64,000 nucleotides of DNA from Bacteroidaceae bacterium (GTDB taxonomy: Bacteria; Bacteroidota; Bacteroidia; Bacteroidales; UBA932): contig CAVLDO010000004.1 of the NCBI GenBank assembly GCA_963662035.1, positions 10,902 through 74,901 of the forward strand, written 5' to 3'. Made by a program: the position numbers and the translations under genes. The first letter of the stretch is position 1. The number at the start of each line of letters is the position of its first letter. Positions 53,796 through 62,773 of this stretch are shown here, piece after piece. The notes below the pieces were generated by a model that was not told where the DNA came from, searched no databases, and saw only the letters and a program-made list of their open reading frames with translations.

Positions 53796-55214
53796 TTATT
53801 CAGGCAGGGAGATTACCGGAGTGTCCTCTATGAATTCGGGGATCGCCTTTTTGCCCGTCACGCCCAGGGCTTTCACCTGCCTGGCGGAGGTAAGTATGCT
53901 CTGCCCGCGCTCGCTGAGCTTGGATGCGCCGGCGTTGTATGCCTTCTGCATCTCCTCAAGTTTTTTGCCGATTGTGACATATTGGGCGGCGAATTCCCCC
54001 ACGCGGTCCATCATGCGGCCGGCCGCCTCTATTATCTTTTCCTGATTCTGCGCCTGGGTTACGTTGCGCCATCCTATCTGAATCATCCGCAGGAAGGGGA
54101 GGATGGTCTCCTGGCTGGTGATGAGCACCTTCTTGTTGTAGGCGTCGCGCCAGAGGGAGGGTTCGTCGTCAAGGGCCAGCTGCAGCGCGCCGCTGTTGGG
54201 AACGAACATTATCACGAAGTCGGCAGCCGAATTTTTGAGATAGCTGCTGTAGTCCTTTGAGTTGAGGTTCTTGTACTGGCCGCGGATCGATTCCAGGTTG
54301 CGGCGGCGGGCATCGGCCATAGCGTTGGCATCGCCTTCCCGCTCGGCGGCTATGTAGTCGGCAAATGCCGACAGCGATACCTTGCAGTCCACTATTATGT
54401 CCTGATTGTTGGAACCCTTATCGTCGGGGAAGTGCAGCACATAGTCGGGGCGCATCTTCTTGTCGGAATCATCGTTGCGGATTATCTTGCCGTCAGCGTC
54501 GCGGATGGTGTCCTCTTTGTCAAAGTCGCGCCCCTGCACAAATCCCTCGCCGGTGAGGATGTTGAGCAGGATTGTCTCGCCCCAGATTCCCTGTAACTTG
54601 TTGCCGCCGCGCATCGCACGCGAGAGATCTTCTGCCTTCTCGCCTATGTTGCGGCTCTGGCTCTCCAGCAGTTTTACGGCGTTGTCGAACTGCGCCTTGA
54701 GGCTGGTGCCGGTCTCGGTCTGCGTCTTTTTGTTGGCCTCGAAGGCCTCTTTCATCGCGGCGATGTCTTTGCCCAGATTGCCGGAGATGTTCTCGAAAGT
54801 CTCCTTTGCCTTGGCACTGAGCTGCTCTTCCCGCTGGCGCAGCAGCTCTTCGGTGCGGGCGGCAAGCTCGCTCTTGAGGCTCTCTGCCTGAGACTTGAGG
54901 CTCTCGGCGTGGGCGGCGCGCAAATCCTGCAGATTCTTCTGATAGCCGCGCTCCAGGGCGGCGAGGGTCTCGTCTTTGCTGCGCAGAGCCTGCTCCGAGG
55001 CCACCTTGAGGCTCTCGAGGGCGGCCTCCTTGAGCTGCAGCTGCCCCCGCAGTTCGGCAGCTGCCCGCTCCGATTCAAGCCTTTGTGCAGACAGTTCGCC
55101 GTCTGCGCGGCTTTTCTGCGCAGCTATCTTCCCCCTGCATACCAGCAGGGTCGCAAGTGCTGCAAGAGAGGCCGCAGCGGCTGCGGCCGCAATAAGTGCG
55201 AGAGTCGTTGTCAT
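53796..55214 (-). CDS. rmuC: DNA recombination protein RmuC
   Basis: N-terminal TM plus a long coiled coil, C-terminal RmuC nuclease-like domain (PDYVLHFPD, DCKVSL, DFVIMFVP). Confidence 0.85.
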   Translation of the reverse strand: MTTTLALIAAAAAAASLAALATLLVCRGKIAAQKSRADGELSAQRLESERAAAELRGQLQLKEAALESLKVASEQALRSKDETLAALERGYQKNLQDLRAAHAESLKSQAESLKSELAARTEELLRQREEQLSAKAKETFENISGNLGKDIAAMKEAFEANKKTQTETGTSLKAQFDNAVKLLESQSRNIGEKAEDLSRAMRGGNKLQGIWGETILLNILTGEGFVQGRDFDKEDTIRDADGKIIRNDDSDKKMRPDYVLHFPDDKGSNNQDIIVDCKVSLSAFADYIAAEREGDANAMADARRRNLESIRGQYKNLNSKDYSSYLKNSAADFVIMFVPNSGALQLALDDEPSLWRDAYNKKVLITSQETILPFLRMIQIGWRNVTQAQNQEKIIEAAGRMMDRVGEFAAQYVTIGKKLEEMQKAYNAGASKLSERGQSILTSARQVKALGVTGKKAIPEFIEDTPVISLPE

Positions 55215-55651
55215 TTTGATTTGCGGCGTATCTTTTTGCGGAAGTCACTTGCCAGAGCATCGGAGGCCTCGCGCCAGCTGTAGCGCACAGATAGAACTTC
55301 CAGAATTATGCAAACCAGCGGCATCAGGGCCGATATCGTGAAGGTGTACGCCCCCTTGAGCGAGAAAAACATCACCGCCAGCCACACCTGAAAGCCCGCC
55401 TGGGCGAGCATTGCTATCACCGCGATGCGTATCTGCAGGATATACTGCATTCTGTAGCAGATGGCGGCCACAAGCAGCGCAAAGCATACGAAGGCGAGTA
55501 TGATGAAGGGGAGATACTCTGTGTAGCGGAAGCTGTAGCGCGCCCCATCGGCATCAATTGCAAAGCACATATCGCTCCACAGGAGCGAAAGCATCAGAAA
55601 GGCGGAAATCCCGAGCAGAACATTCTGCATCCTGGGCCAGGTGAGAATCAT
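55211..55651 (-). CDS. Small integral membrane protein (DUF4293-like?)
   Basis: Trimmed to ATG 55651, since the longer track ORF would run over the divergent gene start. Four hydrophobic segments. 4-nt overlap with the rmuC start. Confidence 0.5.
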   Translation of the reverse strand: MILTWPRMQNVLLGISAFLMLSLLWSDMCFAIDADGARYSFRYTEYLPFIILAFVCFALLVAAICYRMQYILQIRIAVIAMLAQAGFQVWLAVMFFSLKGAYTFTISALMPLVCIILEVLSVRYSWREASDALASDFRKKIRRKSK

Positions 55652-55724
55652 ATTGATTGATAAAACGATTTTGACAAAAGTACTAAAAAAATTACTTTCG
55701 CGAAGTTGATATGCTCCCAAGGCC

Positions 55725-56618
55725 GTGGATAAACTGCAATACATAATCGAGCTCTATGGCGACGGCGACCCCACTGTTGCGGCGGCCGTGGACAGCTATT
55801 TTGAGCGGGGCGGGGAAGAGGCTCTGCGCGATCTGCGCGCCGCATTCCAAAGCGAGCTGCTGCCTGCGCGCAAACACAAGCTGCGCTCTATGATAGAGCG
55901 CTACAGCAGAAAGAGCGTGCTTTCCGCCTTGAAGCGGACTGCACAGCGCTGCACCGGTGGCGAAGAGTGCGACCTCACCGAGTCGGGTTATCTGCTGTGC
56001 GCCCTGTTTGACCCCACTCTGAGCCGCGAGGAGTATATGGAGGCTGTGATGCCGCTGATAATCGCCGTGATTTCCGAAATCTCGGAGAGCAAGACCGGCC
56101 CCGAAAACATCTCACTGCTCAACCACATATTCTACCGCCGGATTGGCTACTCGGCCGCCGGTGCCTTTGACATCACTTTGGAGAACACCCTGCTGATGAA
56201 TGTCATCCGCAGCAAGAAGGGGAGTCCGTTCGCCCTCGCACTGCTTTATTTCATAGTGGCGCAGGGGGCGGGGCTGCCTGTGTATCCGCTATGCTTCACC
56301 GGCGGATTCATCCCCGTGTATGAGGAGCGGGGCAAGGTCCTCTTCAACATCAACGTGTTTCACGAGGGGGAGATTTTCGTAGAGAACAACATCTCAGATA
56401 TGGTCAGCAAGCAGGCATCTTCGCTGGGAGTGAACGTGGACATAGGCAAGGCAACCGTGCGCAAGGACCACTCCATTCTGGTGCAGTATCTCGAATTTCT
56501 GCAGGTGCTCTGCACTGCCGCCACCGACCCCGGAAGGCAGCATACGATCGAGGATGCCATAGAGGCGCTCGGGAGCAGGCGGTTTTTGAGTGTCGAATCG
56601 GACGAAGAAGATTGGTAG
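55725..56618 (+). CDS. Transglutaminase-like / SirB1 N-terminal family protein
   Basis: GTG start. LLMNVIRSKKGSPFALALLYFIVAQGAGLPVYPLCFTGGFIPVY resembles the SirB1/UPF0162 transglutaminase-like core (G.P..LA.LY..VA...GL......P.HF). Confidence 0.5.
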   Translation: MDKLQYIIELYGDGDPTVAAAVDSYFERGGEEALRDLRAAFQSELLPARKHKLRSMIERYSRKSVLSALKRTAQRCTGGEECDLTESGYLLCALFDPTLSREEYMEAVMPLIIAVISEISESKTGPENISLLNHIFYRRIGYSAAGAFDITLENTLLMNVIRSKKGSPFALALLYFIVAQGAGLPVYPLCFTGGFIPVYEERGKVLFNINVFHEGEIFVENNISDMVSKQASSLGVNVDIGKATVRKDHSILVQYLEFLQVLCTAATDPGRQHTIEDAIEALGSRRFLSVESDEEDW

Positions 56619-56635
56619 AGACCACTCGACAGGGG

Positions 56636-58642
56636 CTATTTAGCCGCGCTGTCGCTGCAGTATTTCTTTATCACGCCGTAGGCATCGCTTATGCCCAGCT
56701 CGCCCGCCTTGCTGATGTCCATACACCCTTTCTCCTTGTCTTTAAGGAAAATGAGCACCAGGCCGCGGTTGTAGTAGGCTTCGCCAATGTAGGGGAAAAG
56801 CTCCAGCGCCTTGCTGTAGTTTGACACTGCGGCCGGCAAGTCGTCGGAGAGGGCGTAGAGATTGCCCAGATTATAATATGTGTATGGGAAGTCGGGGGCC
56901 AGACGGGCTCCGGAGAGCATATCGTCTATCGCCGCGCTGTAATCATAGCGGGTGTCGCTGCGCTCCTTAACCACCGTCTTGGTGGTGTTGCCGGTGTTGT
57001 CTATGGTGAGGGTCTGCACGCTGTTCTCCATACTGGCTATGAACTCGGTCATTTCTGCCTGCAGAGCCCCCCGGTTGAGGTAGAGGAATGGATTGCCGGG
57101 ATCCAGGTCGATTGCGGCGCTGTAGCTGTTCTGCGCGTTGTTGAACTGGTTGGTGCGTGTCTCCAGCATACCTTTGGCAAACTGCAGGTACTCGTCGCCG
57201 CCCCCTTTTCGGATGCTCTCCCGCACCCTGTCGAGCGCGGCTGCGGCGTCGGGGTCGGCCTCCGCTTTCTGCGCCCTGAAGGCGGTCTTCACCGGCAGGG
57301 CGGTCAGAAAGTTGTCCAGTTTGGCATACATCAGCTCGCCGCCGATTGTAGAGATGTCTTTCTGCTCAGCTGCCCCGGAGGCGGGGACAAACTGGAACAG
57401 CGGCTTGAGCTTGACATCCACCTCGCGGTACTGCAGCAGCTCGTTGTCAAAATTCTTTTGGGCGAAGTCGGCGTCAAAGGCCAGCAGCGCGCTGTAGGCG
57501 CGGGAGGTGTCGGCAAAGGCCTCGTATCCCTCGTCGGTGGCGGTTTTGCGCTGATATTCGCGCACCTTCTGCTGCGCAGTCTCCCAGTCGGCCTTGGATT
57601 CGCGCAGCCTGCCCAGCATCCCTTTTGCGTAAGAGCGGTTCATATAGGCCTTGGCAAAGTCGGGATAGAGTTCTATGGCGCGGTCGTAGTCGCTGATGGC
57701 CCGGGCATATTTGCCCTGTTCCATAAGCACCGCCGCGCGGTTGAAGTAGGCCAGTACATTATCCCGGTTGATGTTGAGCACCCGGTCAAGGTCGTCCACC
57801 GCCTTGTCCAGCTCCCCGGCCTGCGCGTATATCAGCGCCCGGTTGTAGAGGGTCAGGGCGTTGCCCGGTTCCAGCTCCAGCACCTTGTCCAGGTCGGCGA
57901 CGGCTCCCGTCCAGTCGTTTTTGCCGTGCCGGATTATGGCGCGGTTGAAGTAGGCCAGAGTATTGGTGGAATCCAGCGCCAGGGCCCTGTCCAGGTCGGC
58001 GACGGCATTGTCGTTGTCATTCTTGAGGGCGTAGAGGCGGGAGCGGCGCACAAACCCTTCCGGGTCCAGGCTGTTGAGCTCTATGGCCTTGTTGTAGTCG
58101 GCGAAGGCTTTTGTGGTGTCTCCCAGAAATAGATACGACGCGCCCCGGTTGAGGTAGGCGCTGCTCTCATCGGGATCGCGGCGTATAAAGCTGTTGAAGT
58201 CCTGCACCGCCTTGTCGAACTGCTGCGAGAGAAAGTAGGTCACCCCGCGGCTGAAGTAGAGTCCGGCGTTGCCGGGACGCAGATCCACCGCCTCCTGCAG
58301 ATCTTCCAGCGCCTCTTCGTAGCGCCCCAGCCGGCTGCGGGTGATGGCGCGGTAGTGGTAGGCGTAGGTGTAGAGGGGGTTGCGCTTCAGGCTCAGGTCA
58401 AAGTCACGCTCGGCACCTCCCAGGTCCCCCAGGTTGTACTTGGCTATTCCCCGGAAAAAGTAGGCCTCCGGCCCCACGGTGTCGATGCGGGCGAGGATGT
58501 TGAAGTTTTCTATCGCGAGGGAATATTTGCCGTCGGAAAGAGCCTGGCGGCCGGCGTAGTAGAAGTGCGAAGGGTCATACTGCCCCCGCAGGAGAGATGT
58601 GCCTGAGACAGTCAGCAGCAGTATGACAAACAGACGTTTCAC
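56636..58642 (-). CDS. Tetratricopeptide-repeat (TPR) protein, secreted
   Basis: GTG start, signal peptide ...SLLRG|QYD. More than 10 recognisable TPR units (A..DF/DL..AL.L.P.N..AYFNRA). Confidence 0.85.
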   Translation of the reverse strand: MKRLFVILLLTVSGTSLLRGQYDPSHFYYAGRQALSDGKYSLAIENFNILARIDTVGPEAYFFRGIAKYNLGDLGGAERDFDLSLKRNPLYTYAYHYRAITRSRLGRYEEALEDLQEAVDLRPGNAGLYFSRGVTYFLSQQFDKAVQDFNSFIRRDPDESSAYLNRGASYLFLGDTTKAFADYNKAIELNSLDPEGFVRRSRLYALKNDNDNAVADLDRALALDSTNTLAYFNRAIIRHGKNDWTGAVADLDKVLELEPGNALTLYNRALIYAQAGELDKAVDDLDRVLNINRDNVLAYFNRAAVLMEQGKYARAISDYDRAIELYPDFAKAYMNRSYAKGMLGRLRESKADWETAQQKVREYQRKTATDEGYEAFADTSRAYSALLAFDADFAQKNFDNELLQYREVDVKLKPLFQFVPASGAAEQKDISTIGGELMYAKLDNFLTALPVKTAFRAQKAEADPDAAAALDRVRESIRKGGGDEYLQFAKGMLETRTNQFNNAQNSYSAAIDLDPGNPFLYLNRGALQAEMTEFIASMENSVQTLTIDNTGNTTKTVVKERSDTRYDYSAAIDDMLSGARLAPDFPYTYYNLGNLYALSDDLPAAVSNYSKALELFPYIGEAYYNRGLVLIFLKDKEKGCMDISKAGELGISDAYGVIKKYCSDSAAK

Positions 58643-59601
58643 TATCGGATGCGCAGTGACTCTCCTATGCGCAGGGTTTTGGTGGATTTGATGCCGTTGA
58701 GCTTGCAGAGCTTGCTCACGGTGGTGCCGTTTCGGCTGGCGATTTTGCTCAGAGTGTCGCCGCGGCGCACCTTGTAATATTTTGCCTGGCTGGCCGCTAC
58801 CGACTCCTCGTCGCTCATCCCCTGGTGGGAATAGACGCTGAAGTAGTCTTTGCGCACGGTGAACGCCGGATCGCGCAGCGCGCCTTTTTCAAAGTCGATG
58901 ATGCGCTCCGGGTCAAAGGTACGCCCCTTGTAGCGCGCCTCGAAGTGCAGGTGGGGGCCGGTGCTGCGGCCGGTGCTGCCTCCCAGCCCTATGACGTCGC
59001 CCGCCTTGACGCTCTCCTCTGCTTTCACGAAACGCTTGGAGAGGTGGCCGTAGTAGGTCTCGAGGCCGTTGGAGTGGCGGATCACTATCAGATTGCCGTA
59101 GCCTCCCGTCTTGCTGCCGGAGGAGAAACGCACCACGCCGTCAAAGGCGGCCTTCACGCTGTCGCCCGTGTGGAGCGGGATGTCGGTGCCGTAGTGGGGG
59201 CGCGAGCGGCGCATCTTGTAGCCTGAATAGACCTTGCCGGTGGCGGGGGCGCAGAAAAAGTGGGTGCTGTCCACCAGCTGCAGCTCCATTTCCGATTCGA
59301 AGGCCTCCTTGGGGTAGTCCTTGTAGGCGTGCAGCGACTCGGTGTCCCACCATTTGTCGTAAATCTGTGTGGAGTCGATGCCGGGGCGCATATGGCGCAG
59401 GTATTCCCAGGTCTGATTGTCAAAAATCACTATGTCCACATATTTGTCGGCGGTGGGAACGGTGTCTATGGCGTTTTTGATTTCTGACGGGCAGCGGGGG
59501 ATTATGTATGGCTCTATTTGGTATGTATAGCCCTCCAGCTGCGCGGATGCGGAAAATGCGATGCAGAGCAGCGGCAATACCGAGAGCAGACGTTTTATCA
59601 T
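58642..59601 (-). CDS. M23 family metallopeptidase with C-terminal LysM domain
   Basis: Trimmed to ATG 59601 (MIKRLLSVLPLLCIAFSASA|QLE). HYGTDIP, YYGHLS, GSTGRSTGPHLHFE zinc motifs. LysM YYKVRRGDTLSKIASRNGTTVSKLCKLNG. Confidence 0.9.
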   Translation of the reverse strand: MIKRLLSVLPLLCIAFSASAQLEGYTYQIEPYIIPRCPSEIKNAIDTVPTADKYVDIVIFDNQTWEYLRHMRPGIDSTQIYDKWWDTESLHAYKDYPKEAFESEMELQLVDSTHFFCAPATGKVYSGYKMRRSRPHYGTDIPLHTGDSVKAAFDGVVRFSSGSKTGGYGNLIVIRHSNGLETYYGHLSKRFVKAEESVKAGDVIGLGGSTGRSTGPHLHFEARYKGRTFDPERIIDFEKGALRDPAFTVRKDYFSVYSHQGMSDEESVAASQAKYYKVRRGDTLSKIASRNGTTVSKLCKLNGIKSTKTLRIGESLRIR

Positions 59602-59654
59602 AGGCGTAATTGAAAATAGAAAAAGTCCGTTGAGGTGGGCGGACTTTTGGAATT

Positions 59655-59730
59655 TGGAGCGGAAAACGGGGCTCGAACCCGCGACCTTCGGCTTGGGAAG
59701 CCAACGCTCTGCCAACTGAGCTATTTCCGC
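59655..59730 (-). tRNA. tRNA-Gly (anticodon CCC), CCA encoded
   Basis: Reverse complement GCGGAAATAGCTCAGTTGGCAGAGCGTTGGCTTCCCAAGCCGAAGGTCGCGGGTTCGAGCCCCGTTTTCCGCTCCA. 7-bp acceptor stem, D arm GCTC/GAGC, anticodon loop TTCCCAA, T arm with GGTTCGAGCC, discriminator U. Confidence 0.9.
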
Positions 59731-59778
59731 AAATTCATAAATCTGCATAGCGCAACCTGCGCGCCGCAAGCGAGGTTG

Positions 59779-59786
59779 CAAATTTA
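59779..59786 (-). promoter_or_regulatory. -7 promoter box (TAAATTTG on minus strand) for tRNA-Gly
   Basis: Exact TAnnTTTG about 49 nt upstream of the tRNA 5-prime end. The leader contains a 7-bp hairpin GCAACCT...AGGTTGC. Confidence 0.45.
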
Positions 59787-59902
59787 GTTCCTTTTTTCAA
59801 AAAAGCAAAGCGGCGCTTCTTTGGTCTTTGTTAAATATTATTAATATCTTTACACAGACATCCCGCACGCGGATTATTGTTACACTAATTACACATTACG
59901 AT

Positions 59903-61075
59903 ATGTTAAAACCCAAAAAAGTCATTGACGCCTTCAAGAAGAATTTCCCGGGCGTCAAATTCAGTTATTTCACCTCACCCGGCCGCATAAATCTCATAGG
60001 CGAGCACACCGACTACAACGGCGGATTCGTGCTCCCCGCTGCGGTGGACAAGGGCATAAGTCTGGCAATCGCCCCCAACGGCACCTCCAAAGTGAACGCC
60101 TTCTCCCTGGATTATGGTGAAAAACTCACTTTTGATGTAAACGATAGCGATAAACCCGCCCCGCAGTGGGCACAGTATATCTATGGCGTGCTGCAGGAGA
60201 TGAAAAAGCGCGGCGCGCAGCCCTCCGGCTTCGACTGCGCATTCGGCGGCGACGTCCCTCTGGGCGCCGGAATGAGCTCTTCGGCCGCTCTGGAGAGCGT
60301 GTTCGGATATGCCGTGAACAGCATTTTCCATCTGGGCTTCAAGCGCGAGCAGCTGGCTCAGATAGGCCAGATGACCGAGCACAACTATGTGGGAGTCAAC
60401 TGCGGAATAATGGACCAGTTCGCCTCGCTGATGGGCAAGGAGGGCAAGGTGATCCGTCTGGACTGCCGTTCGCTCGCATACAAGAGAGTCCCCTTTAACC
60501 CCAAAGGGTACAAGATTGTCCTCATAGACACTATGGTAAAGCATAACCTCGCTTGCGGCGAGTACAACGTGCGCCGCGCCCAGTGCGAGGCGGGCGTGGC
60601 GCAAATCAGAAAGGACCACCCCGAGGTGGAGCTGCTGCGCGACGTGACCCCCGCGATGCTGGAGCAGTACAAAGACCGTCTGGATCCGATGGTTTACAAG
60701 CGCTGCTCCTTTGTGGTGAAGGAGTCCCCCCGACTGCTGGCCGGCTGCCGCGATCTGGCCAAGGACGACATCCCCGCGTTCGGCAAGAAGATGTTCGAGA
60801 CCCACGACGGCCTCAGCAAAGATTACGGGGTGAGCTGCGAAGAACTTGACTTCATCGTGGACATCGCCCGCACGTGCGAAGGCGTGGTGGGCGCCCGGAT
60901 GATGGGGGGCGGCTTCGGCGGCTGCGTCATCGCAATCGTGCGCAGCGGTGCCGCCCAGGAGTACATCAACACTGTCAAGGCTGCCTACAAGAAGCAGTTC
61001 GACATCGATCCCCGCGTGATAAATGTAGCAATTTCAGACGGAGCAAAACGATGGAACGTACGCAATCTCAAATAA
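59903..61075 (+). CDS. galK: Galactokinase
   Basis: Trimmed to ATG 59903. Signature GRINLIGEHTDYNGG, GHMP motif PLGAGMSSSAALE, GARMMGGGFGG. Confidence 0.95.
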   Translation: MLKPKKVIDAFKKNFPGVKFSYFTSPGRINLIGEHTDYNGGFVLPAAVDKGISLAIAPNGTSKVNAFSLDYGEKLTFDVNDSDKPAPQWAQYIYGVLQEMKKRGAQPSGFDCAFGGDVPLGAGMSSSAALESVFGYAVNSIFHLGFKREQLAQIGQMTEHNYVGVNCGIMDQFASLMGKEGKVIRLDCRSLAYKRVPFNPKGYKIVLIDTMVKHNLACGEYNVRRAQCEAGVAQIRKDHPEVELLRDVTPAMLEQYKDRLDPMVYKRCSFVVKESPRLLAGCRDLAKDDIPAFGKKMFETHDGLSKDYGVSCEELDFIVDIARTCEGVVGARMMGGGFGGCVIAIVRSGAAQEYINTVKAAYKKQFDIDPRVINVAISDGAKRWNVRNLK

Positions 61076-62079
61076 GACACTATACGATAGCACACCCTAC
61101 CGGAGCTAAGGTTGTCCTGAGCAATCTCGGCGCCGGCATCGTATCGATAGTGGTGCCCGACAAGAACGGGTCGCTGGACAATGTCGCCCTCAGCTATAAA
61201 CGCAAAGAGGACTGGATGGCCGACGGCCCCTGTATGGGCAAGATTCCCGGGCGCTTTGCAAACCGCATAGCGCTGGGCAAATTCTCTCTGGAGGGCAAGG
61301 AGTACACACTGGCTGTCAACAACGGCCCCAACCATCTGCACGGCGGCCCCGACGCCCAGAGTTTCGCAAACCGCATCTGGGATGCCGAACCCTTCGAGGG
61401 GGGCGTCAAGTTTACTCTGCACAGCGCCGACGGCGATGCCGGCTACCCCGCTTCGATGGACATAGAGGCTGTGTATCGCTTCCGCAGCGACAATGTGCTC
61501 ACTCTGGACATCAAGGCGGAAAGCGGCGCGGCCACCGTGGTGAATCTGACCAACCACGTTTATTTCAACCTGCGCGGAGAGCGCCGCTTCGGCGGCGACG
61601 GCATCCGCAGCCACACTCTCAAGCTGTACGCATCGCAGTATCTGCCCACCGATGCCACCCAGATACCCACAGGCGAGATAGCCCCCGTGGCGGGGACGCC
61701 TATGGATTTTACCGCTCCCAAGGCCATCGGCCGCGACTTATGCGCCGACTTCGAGGCGCTTAGGATAGGCAAGGGGTATGACCACTGCTGGTGCATAGAC
61801 GGCTACGACTCGACTCTGCGCCCCGCAGCGGAGCTCTCTGCCGCCGGCCGCAAGGTCACGGTGTACACCAACCAGCCGGGCATCCAGGTTTATACGGGCA
61901 ACTGGCTTAAAGGCAGCCCGGTGGCTCCCACCGGCTACAGCTATTGCGACTACGACGGCGTTGCGCTGGAGTGCCAGGCATTCCCCGATGCCCCCAACAA
62001 GCCGCAGTTCCCTTCTGCAGTTCTTGAGCCGGGATGCGAATACCGCAACCGGATAATGTGGAAATTCACCGCCGAATAG
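61051..62079 (+). CDS. galM: Aldose 1-epimerase (galactose mutarotase)
   Basis: Trimmed to ATG 61051 (MERTQSQIRHYTI...), a 25-nt overlap with galK. GRFANRI, NNGPNHLHGG, TNHVYFNL, ALECQAFPDAPN. Confidence 0.9.
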   Translation: MERTQSQIRHYTIAHPTGAKVVLSNLGAGIVSIVVPDKNGSLDNVALSYKRKEDWMADGPCMGKIPGRFANRIALGKFSLEGKEYTLAVNNGPNHLHGGPDAQSFANRIWDAEPFEGGVKFTLHSADGDAGYPASMDIEAVYRFRSDNVLTLDIKAESGAATVVNLTNHVYFNLRGERRFGGDGIRSHTLKLYASQYLPTDATQIPTGEIAPVAGTPMDFTAPKAIGRDLCADFEALRIGKGYDHCWCIDGYDSTLRPAAELSAAGRKVTVYTNQPGIQVYTGNWLKGSPVAPTGYSYCDYDGVALECQAFPDAPNKPQFPSAVLEPGCEYRNRIMWKFTAE

Positions 62080-62139
62080 GCGGCGGAGCGCAGCAAGGCA
62101 AGCTTCTGACCGCTGCGCAAGGCCCGCCGGCCTGCGCCC

Positions 62140-62769
62140 TCAGAGCTTCACGGCCATAGTGATGCCGTCGCGTACGGGGAGCATCACGCACCGCACGCGG
62201 CCGTCACCGGCAACAATATGGTTGAATGTGCTGATAGCCTCGCTCTGGACATCGTGCGGCCGCTGCTCTGCGGCCACCTTGCCGTCCCAGGTCGTGTTGT
62301 CGGCAATGATGACCCCGCCGCTGCGCACCCGCTCCACCACCAGATTCCAGTAGTCGGGATACTGCCGCTTGTTGGCGTCGACATACACCAGATCGTAGAT
62401 GTGGGGCAGGGTGGGGATGATTTCCAGTGCATCGCCGAAAAGCAGATTCACCTTGCCCGAAATCCCCTCGCGAGAATACGCCTCGCGGATGATGTCCTCC
62501 AGCTCGTCGTTGATCTCGATGGAGTCGATGACTCCGCACGGAGCGAGCCCCTCTGCAAGACACACCGTGGAATAGCCGGTAAAGACTCCGAGCTCCAGCA
62601 CCCGCTCAGGACGCACAATGCGGCTGACGAGGCTCAAAAGCCCCCCTTCTGTGCGGCCCGAGAGCATCCTGGCGTGGTTGGTGCGCAGATGCGTGGTGCG
62701 CTCTATCCACTCCAGCGTGCCGCTCTGTGGCAGCGACGAATTGGCACGGCAATACTCCTCTATAGTCAT
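62140..62769 (-). CDS. Class I SAM-dependent O-methyltransferase (family 3, caffeoyl-CoA OMT/YrrM-like)
   Basis: VLELGVFTGYSTVCLAEGL SAM motif, YDLVYVDANKRQYPDY, IIADNTTW. Confidence 0.8.
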   Translation of the reverse strand: MTIEEYCRANSSLPQSGTLEWIERTTHLRTNHARMLSGRTEGGLLSLVSRIVRPERVLELGVFTGYSTVCLAEGLAPCGVIDSIEINDELEDIIREAYSREGISGKVNLLFGDALEIIPTLPHIYDLVYVDANKRQYPDYWNLVVERVRSGGVIIADNTTWDGKVAAEQRPHDVQSEAISTFNHIVAGDGRVRCVMLPVRDGITMAVKL

Positions 62770-62773
62770 TGCG

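Noticed and set aside
59602-59781. An extension of the M23 peptidase ORF (track 58642..59781).
   Set aside because: It reads through the tRNA-Gly gene. ATG 59601 gives a proper signal peptide.
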